Assembly: GCA_963787205.1 (NCBI GenBank)
Contig: CAWBCD010000009.1
Location: 67,524-131,523 of the forward strand
From: an uncultured bacterium
Lineage (GTDB): Bacteria > Bacteroidota > Rhodothermia > Balneolales > DATFMH01
Direction: 5' to 3'
DNA: 64,000 nucleotides
Shown: in pieces, positions 49,042 to 59,638 of the stretch
Numbering within the stretch: position 1 is the first letter of the stretch
How the letters are laid out: each line of letters starts with the position of its first letter
Position numbers and translations under genes: made by a program
Notes under the pieces: model-generated
What the model saw: the letters and a program-made list of their open reading frames with translations, nothing else
What the model was told of the DNA's origin: nothing
Databases searched by the model: none

Positions 49042-50105
49042 GGCAGCAGTGATGTTAACTGGTTTATCAACAGATCGTTTTCTAATCGCGTTCCGACCGT
49101 GATACGGAGGCAGTTTTCGCAATGGATCTGATCACCCCGATATCGTACGATGATCCCTTGTTCAGCGAGCCGCCCGTAAACAGAAAGAGCATCAGGCACA
49201 CGAACAAGCAGAAAGTTGGCATCAGAAGGGAATACCTTTTCAACGGATGGGATATTCGTGAGTGCTGAACGCAATCGTTTCCTCTCTTCCAAAAGCTCAG
49301 AAACATGTTTTTGCATGAGTTCTGTGTTGTCCACAGCTTTTTCAGCAGCCTGAAGAGTGAGTTTATTAATGTTGTAAGGTGCCTTCACGCTCATCATTAA
49401 CCGGATGATTTCTGTTGATGCAATGGCGATGCCAAGACGCAGCCCGGCAAGACCGAAAGATTTAGAGAGCGTCTGCAGAATAACAAGATTTGGAAATTCA
49501 GCAATGCGCCCGGAAAGACTTTTTCTCGTACTGAAATCAATGTAAGCCTCGTCAAGAACGACAATCCCCGGATAGGAATGGATGAGAGTCTCAATCTTTT
49601 CGAGACTCAATTCATTGGCTGTTGGATTGTTCGGGGAGCATAGAAAGAGCAGTTTGGATTTCTCGCTTGCCTGTTCCAAAATGTGAGCGGGCTCCAGGTC
49701 GAAGTCCGGTGTAAGGGGCACTGAAGTAATGCCACAATCCTGTATCGATGCAGCCACTTTGTACATGCCGTACGTAGGCGGGGTTATGATAATGTGATCG
49801 ACGACGGGTCTGCAAAAAATCCGGATTAAAAGATCTATGGCTTCATCGCTTCCGTTGCCAACGAAAACATTTTCAGTAGAGACTCCCCGGAAAGCGGCAA
49901 GTGCTTTGCGAAGCTTCTGCTGATGAGGATCAGGATATCGATGCAGCGAATCGGGATCATCGATGTTGGCACCGAGGGCATTTTCATTGGCATCCAGCAA
50001 GATACCTTCCTCGTAATCATCCCGGGCGCACCGGTAAGGCGTCAGTTCCAGGATATTGGGCCTGACCAGCTTTTCAAGTTCAAACTGTGTAATGGAGGGT
50101 TTCAT
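49038..50105 (-). CDS. hisC: Histidinol-phosphate aminotransferase
   Basis: It has 'LDANENALG', 'YPDPHQQKLRKALA', 'NPNNPT' and 'TLSKSFGLAGLRLG' (the PLP lysine). Confidence 0.94.
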   Translation of the reverse strand: MKPSITQFELEKLVRPNILELTPYRCARDDYEEGILLDANENALGANIDDPDSLHRYPDPHQQKLRKALAAFRGVSTENVFVGNGSDEAIDLLIRIFCRPVVDHIIITPPTYGMYKVAASIQDCGITSVPLTPDFDLEPAHILEQASEKSKLLFLCSPNNPTANELSLEKIETLIHSYPGIVVLDEAYIDFSTRKSLSGRIAEFPNLVILQTLSKSFGLAGLRLGIAIASTEIIRLMMSVKAPYNINKLTLQAAEKAVDNTELMQKHVSELLEERKRLRSALTNIPSVEKVFPSDANFLLVRVPDALSVYGRLAEQGIIVRYRGDQIHCENCLRITVGTRLENDLLINQLTSLLP

Positions 50106-50128
50106 ATTGTCATTAAAAACGTAGGGGA

Positions 50129-51424
50129 TCAGGATTCTTTTAATTGTTGCAGACGCAGTTCAACGGCCTTTTTATGGGCTTCCAGTTGTTCAACTTCTGC
50201 CATCTTCATAACGGTCGGGCCCAGTGTTTTCAGTCCGGACGGAGACAGCTCCTGAACCGTGATTTGTTTGCGGAAGGTATCTGTGGATACCCCGCTATAC
50301 ATGCGGGCATAACCATACGTCGGCAACGTGTGATTGGTACCCGAGGCATAATCGCCGGCGCTCTCAGGAGACCATGGACCCAGGAAAACAGAACCAGCAT
50401 TCATCACATGATCCAAAATACGCTGAGGGTCTTCCGTATTAATGATGAGATGTTCGGGTGCGTATTGATTTGAAAAAGCCACTGCATCGGCTTCGGTTTG
50501 AACTTTGATGGCGTGACTTTTAGACAGGGCTTTTTTTGCCGTATCACGACGTGGCAGAGCTTCGAGTTGAGCGTCAAGTTCTGCCTGCATTCCATGGAGA
50601 TCAAAACCGTCGATGGCTACGAGGATGACTTGGCTGTCCGGCCCATGCTCAGCCTGGGACAAAAGATCAGCGGCGACAAATTTAGGATTCGCCTGCTCGT
50701 CAGCGATGACCAAAACCTCCGAGGGGCCGGCCGGCATATCGATGCTGATCATCGCATCAGAATTCTGCAACAGCATTTTGGCGGCCGTGACATATTGGTT
50801 ACCCGGACCAACGATCTTGTCAACTTTGGGTACTGATTCAGTCCCGTAGGCAAGAGCAGCGATAGCCTGTGCGCCACCGGCTTTGAGAATTACCTTCACT
50901 CCAAGCCGTTCGGCAATATATTTGATTTCCGGAGCGATGTTACCATTTTTGTCCGGTGGCGTTGCAATGACAATTTCGCGACATCCTGCGATTGCAGCCG
51001 GGATGCCAAGCATAAGAGCAGTTGAGGGGAGAATGGCCGATCCGCCGGGTACATATAATCCGACGCGCTCAATCGGTCGTGCCACCCGCCGGCAGAGAAC
51101 GCCCCGTACGGTTTCGACTTCCAGCTCTATTCCAATCTGTGCCTGGTGAAAACGGTAGACGTTAGTCCATGCTGTGTCGAAGGCTTCTTTGACATCTTTG
51201 CTGAGCTTGCGGGCGTTATTCGTACCCGGATTCTCAGTTGGTTTTTCCAGATCAGTCCCATCGAATTTTTTTGTGTATTCCAGAAGAGCCTCATCACCGC
51301 GTTGACGAACTTGATCGAGAATCTCCTGTACTCGTTCATAGATGTCCGTGCTGTTAATTCGCGGCCTTGCGCAGAGATCTGCCCGCTGCTCTTCACTTAA
51401 ATTTGAATAGACATTTACATCCAT
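50129..51424 (-). CDS. hisD: Histidinol dehydrogenase
   Basis: It has '[17 protein letters not shown]', '[13 protein letters not shown]', '[14 protein letters not shown]', '[11 protein letters not shown]' and 'YAPEHL'. Confidence 0.95.
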   Translation of the reverse strand: MDVNVYSNLSEEQRADLCARPRINSTDIYERVQEILDQVRQRGDEALLEYTKKFDGTDLEKPTENPGTNNARKLSKDVKEAFDTAWTNVYRFHQAQIGIELEVETVRGVLCRRVARPIERVGLYVPGGSAILPSTALMLGIPAAIAGCREIVIATPPDKNGNIAPEIKYIAERLGVKVILKAGGAQAIAALAYGTESVPKVDKIVGPGNQYVTAAKMLLQNSDAMISIDMPAGPSEVLVIADEQANPKFVAADLLSQAEHGPDSQVILVAIDGFDLHGMQAELDAQLEALPRRDTAKKALSKSHAIKVQTEADAVAFSNQYAPEHLIINTEDPQRILDHVMNAGSVFLGPWSPESAGDYASGTNHTLPTYGYARMYSGVSTDTFRKQITVQELSPSGLKTLGPTVMKMAEVEQLEAHKKAVELRLQQLKES

Positions 51425-51434
51425 GATCTCATCC

Positions 51435-52304
51435 TTAAAGAATCATATTCTGAATAGGCAACATGACGATACCGGTAGCTCCGGCTTCTTTCAGTTTTTC
51501 CATGACTACCCAGAATTCCCTGATGGAGATGACAGAATGGATGGCGATCATATCCGGGTTGGCGAGCGGTAAGACAGTCGGGCTGTTCAACGATGGAATG
51601 ATATGTGAGATTTTTTCCAGAGATGACCGCGGTGCATTCATCATGATATACCGGCTCTCATCTGCTGTCTGCTGACCACGAATGCGTACCAGAAACTTAT
51701 CGATGAGATCTTGTTTATCCTGGCTGATGGGTTTGCTGGTTTGAATGAGTTGGGTCTGCGACTCCAGAATGGTATCCAGCTCAATCAAACCGTTTGCCTT
51801 GAGTGTACTTCCGGTTGATACCAGGTCGCAAATAGCATCAGCTACATCCAGAGCAGGCGTTATTTCGACCGCACCTGAAATAGTGATGATATCTACGTCG
51901 ATTCCCTGGGACTCGAAGAAACGTTGTGTCAGCCGGGGATAACTGGTGGCTACTCGTTTTCCCTGGAAATCCTCAACCTTTCGAATATCAGAACTTTTTG
52001 GAGCGGCCAGCGAGAGGTGGCAATGTCCATAGTTGAGATCGAGCAAGACCTGGACGTCGGCATCTCGTTCAGCAGTGACATTTGCACCGACGAACCCAAT
52101 GTCGCAGACACCATCCTGCACATATTCGGGGATGTCGTCATCCCGGATAAGCAGGATCTCAACATCGAAGTTGCGGCTGCGAACCATCAGGCGGTTTTTA
52201 TAGCCGTCAAATTCAAGGCCGATGTTTTTCAGCAGGGTTACCGTTTCGTCGGTCAGACGTCCATTTTTCTGTATGCCAATGCGTAATGATGTACTGGTTT
52301 CCAC
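51435..52304 (-). CDS. hisG: ATP phosphoribosyltransferase, long form (GTG start)
   Basis: It has '[11 protein letters not shown]', '[22 protein letters not shown]', '[14 protein letters not shown]' and a C-terminal regulatory domain. Confidence 0.93.
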   Translation of the reverse strand: METSTSLRIGIQKNGRLTDETVTLLKNIGLEFDGYKNRLMVRSRNFDVEILLIRDDDIPEYVQDGVCDIGFVGANVTAERDADVQVLLDLNYGHCHLSLAAPKSSDIRKVEDFQGKRVATSYPRLTQRFFESQGIDVDIITISGAVEITPALDVADAICDLVSTGSTLKANGLIELDTILESQTQLIQTSKPISQDKQDLIDKFLVRIRGQQTADESRYIMMNAPRSSLEKISHIIPSLNSPTVLPLANPDMIAIHSVISIREFWVVMEKLKEAGATGIVMLPIQNMIL

Positions 52305-52439
52305 GGGTACTAATCTTTTTTTGAGTTATAAATAATTGGATTTTCTAAACAATAAACAAGCATAATGCATGAATGGTGTTAACAGTTGTGTCGTTCGGAA
52401 AAGCTCGCTGATGGGTAGGGAGGTCACGCTGACCAGGAT

Positions 52440-52487
52440 TCAGTGAGCCGAATGGTGATGATGATGCGAATGGCAATGTCGATGCAA
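52440..52487 (-). promoter_or_regulatory. Candidate his leader peptide (minimal form TTG-HRHCHSHHHHHSAH-stop; in-frame GTG at 52556 would give 38 aa)
   Basis: My own translation of the minus strand: TTG CAT CGA CAT TGC CAT TCG CAT CAT CAT CAC CAT TCG GCT CAC TGA. Nine of 14 sense codons after the start are His. It ends 135 nt upstream of hisG. Confidence 0.5.
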
Positions 52488-52611
52488 GGCAATGAGGATA
52501 TGGGAGCTTTCCAGTGCCCTGTCAAATATGCTTGATATGTCCGTTGTTTCTATCACGACAGCGAAGTTACTGAAACATCATTAAAGATGCATGAGTTAAC
52601 GATAATTTTAT

Positions 52612-52641
52612 AGTAGTGGAAGTAGTGAGTAGTGAGTAGTG
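52612..52641. repeat. Heptamer array AGTAGTG (ga) AGTAGTG AGTAGTG AGTAGTG
   Basis: There are four units, one offset by 2 nt, followed by TTGCAAG-TTTGCAAG-TTGTGAC. It lies in the divergent region between the his leader and the aldo/keto reductase gene. Confidence 0.85.
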
Positions 52642-52762
52642 AGACCTGTTGCAAGTTTGCAAGTTGTGACCTATCCCGACGAGACTTCATGAATCTTCTT
52701 TTGCACAAATGTGTTATAGCCACAAACGAATTCAGAATATATTTAAGTAAGCAGAGATAATT

Positions 52763-53749
<987 letters not shown>

Positions 53750-53815
53750 TTTTTTTCTTTTTTGAAGATGACTGGGGTATTCAGTGTTTTGTTGATAATG
53801 TAAACGCTGGGTCAA

Positions 53816-53842
53816 TCCCCCTTGCCCCTTTTCTAAGGGGGA
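53816..53842. other. Hairpin TCCCCCTT-(11 nt)-AAGGGGGA
   Basis: It is an 8-bp perfect stem, with alternative inner pairing CCCCTT/AAGGGG. No U-run follows it. Confidence 0.5.
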
Positions 53843-53897
53843 ATTATTAAGCAATCGACAATTCATTTATCTGTTGTCCAAACCAGAGGTGTCTATT

Positions 53898-54683
53898 ATG
53901 TCCGATAAACCGTCGAAGAAAGAGTACAAGAAACAGCTTCGGAAGCTCCAGATCGAGCTTGTGAAGCTACAGCGTGATATCATTGAGAAACAGAAGAAGG
54001 TGTTTGTCATCCTGGAAGGTCGTGATGCGGCAGGCAAGGATGGCACGATCAAGAGAATCACGGAACATATGAGTCCGCGGGAGACGCGTGTGGTAGCTCT
54101 TGGCAAGCCGTCTGACAAAGAGACGCTCTCATGGTATTTCCAGCGATACGTTCCGCATCTGCCCAGTGGCGGTGAACTTGTGCTGTTCAACCGGAGCTGG
54201 TACAACCGGGCTGGTGTAGAACGGGTGATGGACTTTTGTTCCGACGATGAATTTGAGACCTTTATGAGCGAAGTGGTCTCATTCGAGGAGTTACTGAACA
54301 AATCGCATCTTCAGTTTTTCAAATATTACCTGGATATCAATAAAGAAGAACAAAAGGAGCGTCTCGAGGATCGTAAAGAAGATCCACTCAAACAGTGGAA
54401 GGTGAGTCCGATTGATGAGAAAGCCCTTAAAAAATTCGACGACTATTCCATGGCCCGTGATGAGATGTTTGCGAGGACACATACCGCTTCAGCTCCGTGG
54501 ATCATTGTACGAGCAAATCATAAGAAGACGGCAAGGCTCAATATTATCCGTGATTTTCTGACACGCATGGATTATCCGGGTAAAGACCACGAATCGGTGC
54601 TGCCTGATCCAGATGTCGTCTTTACGTATGAGAGAGAATCATGGGAGAAAATGAAGAACAGTGAGAAATCTGTCAAAGGATAG
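53898..54683 (+). CDS. ppk2: Polyphosphate kinase 2 (PPK2)
   Basis: It has 'VILEGRDAAGKDGTIKRI' (Walker A), 'WYFQRYVPHLPSGGELVLFNRSWYNRAGVERV' and a lid region. I prefer the ATG at 53898 over the TTG at 53874. Confidence 0.9.
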   Translation: MSDKPSKKEYKKQLRKLQIELVKLQRDIIEKQKKVFVILEGRDAAGKDGTIKRITEHMSPRETRVVALGKPSDKETLSWYFQRYVPHLPSGGELVLFNRSWYNRAGVERVMDFCSDDEFETFMSEVVSFEELLNKSHLQFFKYYLDINKEEQKERLEDRKEDPLKQWKVSPIDEKALKKFDDYSMARDEMFARTHTASAPWIIVRANHKKTARLNIIRDFLTRMDYPGKDHESVLPDPDVVFTYERESWEKMKNSEKSVKG

Positions 54684-54706
54684 TATTTACAACATGTTGT
54701 AGTAAT

Positions 54707-54946
54707 ATGACTTGCCAGATAACATTCCTGCCTTTCAATGTGACGGACGCCGAGCACGAAGTGCAGCGTATCATAGATCTTCTGGATTCATATGATATTA
54801 TCTACGACGTACACGATTTATCAACAACCATCCGGGGTGAGCCGGATGTAATATTCTGGATGATCAGGGATATTTATGAACAGGCAGCAAAGTATGTAGA
54901 CATCTTCAGGTTGCACGTAGAGTTACTGAATAAAAAGGATTCCTGA
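54707..54946 (+). CDS. MTH1187/YkoF-like (DUF77) small protein, putative
   Basis: The 79-aa ferredoxin-like pattern 'ITFLPFNVTD...VQRIIDLLDSYDIIYDVHDLSTTIRGE.DVIFWMIRDIYE' resembles the family but is shorter than typical members. Confidence 0.4.
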   Translation: MTCQITFLPFNVTDAEHEVQRIIDLLDSYDIIYDVHDLSTTIRGEPDVIFWMIRDIYEQAAKYVDIFRLHVELLNKKDS

Positions 54947-54979
54947 CAGATATCGTATATCCCTGTAGCGGTGTTGTTT

Positions 54980-56437
54980 TTATTTGTACTTTACTTTAAT
55001 GGTCACGGCTACTCTGGATGATTCCTTCGGAGACAATTGAACATCACCTGGTAGTTGAATCTGACGAGTCAACTTCGTTGTTTTGCTGATATCTGAAAGG
55101 TCGATTTCAGCCGTAGAAATCGATTTGATTCCTTTGTCATCAGCATCAGTTATTTCTACATGGATCTTAGACGGACTGATTGAGATTCCTTCCAGTATTA
55201 ATCCTTTTGGGAGGTATCCGGTTGTATCAATCTTCACCGGAAGCAGGCGGGATAAATATTTTTTCTTGTGAATGGTAATGGTTTGCGGCAGAGTTTCGTA
55301 AACATGAATGTCTGCGGGCAAATTCATATTGTTGCGACTGATAATCAGATCTTTTGAATTGGGATCCACCTTCGAAAGATCGAAAGAGATAACAAGCTGT
55401 GAGGAGTCGAATAAACGAAATGCCTGTTGTGAACCCGAAAGAGTGACACGCGCATTTACCGGTACGGAGTCGGTGAGGGCTACTTTACTCGATTTCAGGT
55501 TTTTAAATTCGATCGGCACCTCGAATGTCCGATACAGATTGCCGGTTTGGTAAGCGAAAGCGAACCAGAAAGTCACGGCAAGTGCAACGGAGAAGATAGC
55601 CGTGCGCAGGCTTCGTTTTTTCCACCAGACCAGATGATTTTTCCCCTCATCGCTATAGTGTTTGAGCCAAAATGCTTCAAGGTGGTTCTTCAGCTCTCCT
55701 GGTGAAGATAACACGTTAAGCTCACCACCTGAGGCCACACTGATGACCCCGCGTTCTTCTGAAACAACAATTACGAATGCGTCGCACAGCTCCGAAATAC
55801 CTAACGCCGCCGCATGTCTGGTTCCGCCGCTTCCTATCTTATACAGTTTGGTGGATAGCGGGAGATGGGTGCCAAATTTCAGAATCCTGTCTGCTTCAAT
55901 CAGAACAGCCCCGTCGTGACCAGGTGATTTTGTGTTGAAAATACTCAGGAGCAGCGGAATGGTGATCTCCCCGTTCAGCGGGATGCCGCCGTGCACATGC
56001 CGGTCCCACGATTCACTTCCCCGAATGATGATGAGTGCACCGGTTCTTGCCGCAGCCATCTTCGAAGCCGCTTCAGTCAATGTGTCAATGGTAAGTGACG
56101 ATGACGGCAGAGTTGGCCGACCACTGAGAAAGCGCCACGTCCCAAGACGATCCATAAACCGCCGGATATCCGACTGGAATACGACGACAATCCCAATGAG
56201 GATTACAAAAAAGAGCCCTTCCATTAACATCTCTGTTAAATACATATCGAGGAACCGGGCCAGGAAATAGACAGCAACAAGGATGAAGACACTGAGCATT
56301 GCCTTCCATGAGACACTTTGTCTCAGCCAGTTTATAATGGCATACAGGAAAAAAGAGATAAAGGCAATATCGAGGACATCAACAAAACGGATATGGTGGA
56401 CAAAGTCGCGCAGAAATGTAGCGATGGATTCGGGCAT
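54980..56437 (-). CDS. cdaA: Diadenylate cyclase CdaA fused to a C-terminal TM + YbbR (CdaR-like) repeat region
   Basis: It has three N-terminal TM helices and a DAC domain ('GALIIIRG', 'SPGHDGAVLI', 'GGTRHAAALGISE', 'VIVVSEERGVISVA'). A TM helix ('AIFSVALAVTFWFAFAY') then leads into ~200 aa of YbbR-type beta repeats ('FEVPIEFKNL...', 'LPVKIDTTGYLPKGL...ISPSKIHV'). Confidence 0.85.
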   Translation of the reverse strand: MPESIATFLRDFVHHIRFVDVLDIAFISFFLYAIINWLRQSVSWKAMLSVFILVAVYFLARFLDMYLTEMLMEGLFFVILIGIVVVFQSDIRRFMDRLGTWRFLSGRPTLPSSSLTIDTLTEAASKMAAARTGALIIIRGSESWDRHVHGGIPLNGEITIPLLLSIFNTKSPGHDGAVLIEADRILKFGTHLPLSTKLYKIGSGGTRHAAALGISELCDAFVIVVSEERGVISVASGGELNVLSSPGELKNHLEAFWLKHYSDEGKNHLVWWKKRSLRTAIFSVALAVTFWFAFAYQTGNLYRTFEVPIEFKNLKSSKVALTDSVPVNARVTLSGSQQAFRLFDSSQLVISFDLSKVDPNSKDLIISRNNMNLPADIHVYETLPQTITIHKKKYLSRLLPVKIDTTGYLPKGLILEGISISPSKIHVEITDADDKGIKSISTAEIDLSDISKTTKLTRQIQLPGDVQLSPKESSRVAVTIKVKYK

Positions 56438-57195
56438 TTGGTGTATTTGTTTTAAAACGGAGAAATTTCTAAAACCTGGTTGATAGTCAATTGCGAAAGG
56501 TACAGCATGGCAGCATTATAAAGTATCGGATTTATTTTCTGGTCCGTGTCAATGTTCGTGTGTCTAATATTATATAGATCAGGATTTTATTATTGAGATC
56601 ATCAAAGAAGTCATCTAAAGCAGATTGAATTCAGTTACTCTGTTTATTCTCGATTAACGCGTAAGTGTATAGTCGATATGGATAAAATAATCAGCATTTA
56701 TAATCAATAATTCCCTGCTGGATTTCCAGGCAATGGTGATTGGTTCGTAATAGGTGTGATGATTGTGGTGTGAACTGGGTAAATGTGACAAAGGCCGGAT
56801 GCAAAAATCAAGGATAGCTGAACGGTACGGGCCGTTAATAAAAGTAATAATGAAAAGGTCCCCGGCATGGATTGATTGACTGTTTCATATATCGTTGTTT
56901 CCTTAAAACCTCTTATTTTAGAGTAAACTTGTAATACGGGTTATCTGTATTCCGTTAACTGCCTATCCAATCTGTAGAGGACGAATTAAGGCAGCCTTGT
57001 TATGCAGACCCGGAACGGCAGTTTGAGGTTAGATAAGCTCTTAACGCTGATACAGGAAAAGTAATCCCAAAGGATCTGAGGAAGTAAAGGCGCTATCTGC
57101 GCTCTTTTTCAGAAGTAATCGAATTCTTAGTATTTTAAGCCCTGATTTTTACCAAGGTATATCGATACCAAAGCTGACAGGCATCAAAGGAATAC

Positions 57196-58992
57196 ATGCA
57201 GCACATTCGCAATTTTTGTATAATCGCTCACATCGACCACGGGAAGTCCACCCTGGCCGACCGTCTCCTCGAACGCACGGGTACCATAACCGAGCGTGAG
57301 ATGCAGAACCAGGTCCTTGACGACATGGACCTGGAGCGGGAGCGTGGAATTACGATTAAAAGTCACGCTATCCGTATGGCCTACAAGGCATCGGATAAAA
57401 AGACGTATGTATTCAATCTGATTGATACCCCGGGTCACGTCGATTTCTCTTATGAAGTATCACGGGCATTGAAAGCCTGTGAAGGTGCCCTCCTTGTCGT
57501 CGATGCTTCCCAGGGAGTTGAGGCCCAGACCATCTCCAACCTCTATCAGGCTATCGACCAGGATCTGGAGATTATCCCTGTGTTAAACAAGGTGGATCTG
57601 CCTGGAGCCGAGGTTGATGAAGTGTCCCAGCAGATTATTGATCTCATCGGATGTAAACGTGAGGAGATTCTGCAGGTATCCGCAAAAACCGGAGTCGGTG
57701 TAGAGGATCTCCTTGAAGCCATTGTAGAACGTATCCCACCTCCGAAGGGTAGCGCTGAAGCGCCGCTTCGTGCTCTTATATTCGACTCCGTGTTTGATGC
57801 CTACCGGGGTTCGGTTGTCTATGTTCGCATCTTCGACGGCACCTTGAAGAAAGGGGATCCGATCCGGTTTATGGCTACCGGCAAGGAATATGAAGCAGAG
57901 GAGATCGGCTATCTCCACATGAAGAAATTTCCAACAGATGAGATAACGGCAGGAGAAGTTGGCTATATCATCGGCAGTGTGAAATCAATCCAGGATACGC
58001 GAGTCGGGGATACAGTGACTACGGTCAGTCATGGTGCATCAAAGCCCATTCCCGGGTTCAAGGTCGTTAAGCCGATGGTCTTCTCGGGAATCTATCCGAC
58101 CAATGCCGATGATTTCGAAAACCTGCGATCTGCTCTTGAAAAGCTTCAGCTAAACGATGCCGCACTACAGTTTCAACCAGAAACATCGGCGGCACTTGGA
58201 TTTGGTTTCCGTGCCGGATTCCTCGGTATGCTGCACATGGAAATTGTGCAGGAACGCCTCGACCGCGAATTTGATATGGATATCATTACAACTGTTCCTA
58301 ATGTGCAGTTCGATGTATTGCTGACAAACGGTGAAAAGGAAGAGGTGGATAATCCGAGTGAGATGCCTGACCGTGGTGTTATTGAAGAGATATATGAACC
58401 GTATATCCGGGCTCAGATTATCACTCCGGCCGATTACATCGGACCTGTGATGAAGCTTTGCCAGGAGCGCCGCGGCGTTTATGTGAATACTCACTATCTC
58501 GATACCAAGCGTGTGGATATCACGTATGAGCTTCCTCTCGCAGAGATCGTTTTCGATTTTTATGACAAGCTTAAAAGCAATACCCGCGGGTATGCATCGC
58601 TCGATTACGAATTCATTGAACGCCGGGAAGGCGATCTTGTGAAACTGGATATCATGCTAAACGGCGATCCGGTCGATGCGTTGTCGACCATCGTGCATCG
58701 TGACAAGGCGTATGAGTGGGGACGTAAGTTGTGCGGTAAACTTAAGGAACTGATTCCGCGCCAGATGTTTGAGGTGGCTATTCAGGCAGCAATTGGAAAT
58801 AAAGTCATCGCACGTGATACCATTCGGGCCCTGCGTAAAGACGTTCTTGCTAAATGTTACGGCGGGGATATTACCCGAAAACGTAAACTTCTCGAAAAAC
58901 AAAAAGAGGGTAAGAAACGTATGAAGCAGGTGGGCAGTGTGGAAATTCCGCAAGAAGCCTTCCTCGCAGTACTATCCATGAGTAATGATTGA
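57196..58992 (+). CDS. lepA: Translation elongation factor 4
   Basis: It has '[22 protein letters not shown]', 'DTPGHVDF', 'NKVDLP' and the C-terminal LepA-specific domain. Confidence 0.97.
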   Translation: MQHIRNFCIIAHIDHGKSTLADRLLERTGTITEREMQNQVLDDMDLERERGITIKSHAIRMAYKASDKKTYVFNLIDTPGHVDFSYEVSRALKACEGALLVVDASQGVEAQTISNLYQAIDQDLEIIPVLNKVDLPGAEVDEVSQQIIDLIGCKREEILQVSAKTGVGVEDLLEAIVERIPPPKGSAEAPLRALIFDSVFDAYRGSVVYVRIFDGTLKKGDPIRFMATGKEYEAEEIGYLHMKKFPTDEITAGEVGYIIGSVKSIQDTRVGDTVTTVSHGASKPIPGFKVVKPMVFSGIYPTNADDFENLRSALEKLQLNDAALQFQPETSAALGFGFRAGFLGMLHMEIVQERLDREFDMDIITTVPNVQFDVLLTNGEKEEVDNPSEMPDRGVIEEIYEPYIRAQIITPADYIGPVMKLCQERRGVYVNTHYLDTKRVDITYELPLAEIVFDFYDKLKSNTRGYASLDYEFIERREGDLVKLDIMLNGDPVDALSTIVHRDKAYEWGRKLCGKLKELIPRQMFEVAIQAAIGNKVIARDTIRALRKDVLAKCYGGDITRKRKLLEKQKEGKKRMKQVGSVEIPQEAFLAVLSMSND

Positions 58993-59005
58993 TCCCGTGA
59001 TACGA

Positions 59006-59614
59006 ATGATCCGAAAAACCACCCTGTTTGTCCTTTTCCTGGCCCTTGCTGAAGCAGGTATCGTTCATGCCCAGCAATACAACATGTTTAAGGCGCCGAC
59101 CATACGCAAGGTCAATCACGCCGACCGGGCTAAATTCCATAAACGATTCAAGGATATAAAGTGGACCGGGCAGGGATTATACCAGAAAGCTACGATTGAT
59201 CATGTGCCGACCATTGAATTGAGAGCGCGGCTCCAAACCCTTTTTGGAAACCCGACGCAAACGCTGCCGGATATGGTCGGTAAAAAGAATTTTCGTCCCG
59301 GTATGTTTGTGGAGTTTGAGTACTGGCTTGTGGTGAACGACTCCATTCCAATGATGCTACTGGATGTGGACGGACCTTTTGAGAATGGTCTAGTCTACGT
59401 CGGTGCAAGCCGTTACATTGACCTGATGCCCGAAGTAAAGCGGACACTTTCAAGGGAATTGATGAATGTGAAGAAACTGGGCGATTTTAAGGATTATTTT
59501 TACTCGCCCGAAAGGGAAAAATGGTTCCTGGTCGAATACCAGAATGGGAAGTTTTCTCATAATCAGATATCCCAGCCCAAAAGGCTCCATTTTCCTAAAG
59601 AAGATATGAAGTAA
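59006..59614 (+). CDS. Hypothetical secreted protein between lepA and lepB
   Basis: It has a signal peptide 'MIRKTTLFVLFLALAEAGIVHAQ'. I recognised no family. An alternative ATG at 58985 overlaps the lepA stop. Confidence 0.5.
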   Translation: MIRKTTLFVLFLALAEAGIVHAQQYNMFKAPTIRKVNHADRAKFHKRFKDIKWTGQGLYQKATIDHVPTIELRARLQTLFGNPTQTLPDMVGKKNFRPGMFVEFEYWLVVNDSIPMMLLDVDGPFENGLVYVGASRYIDLMPEVKRTLSRELMNVKKLGDFKDYFYSPEREKWFLVEYQNGKFSHNQISQPKRLHFPKEDMK

Positions 59615-59638
59615 TAACCAGTATTAACTGCGTAAATC

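Noticed and set aside
53867-54301. 144-aa minus-strand ORF
   Set aside because: It is antisense to the well-supported PPK2 gene and has Ser-rich shadow-frame composition.
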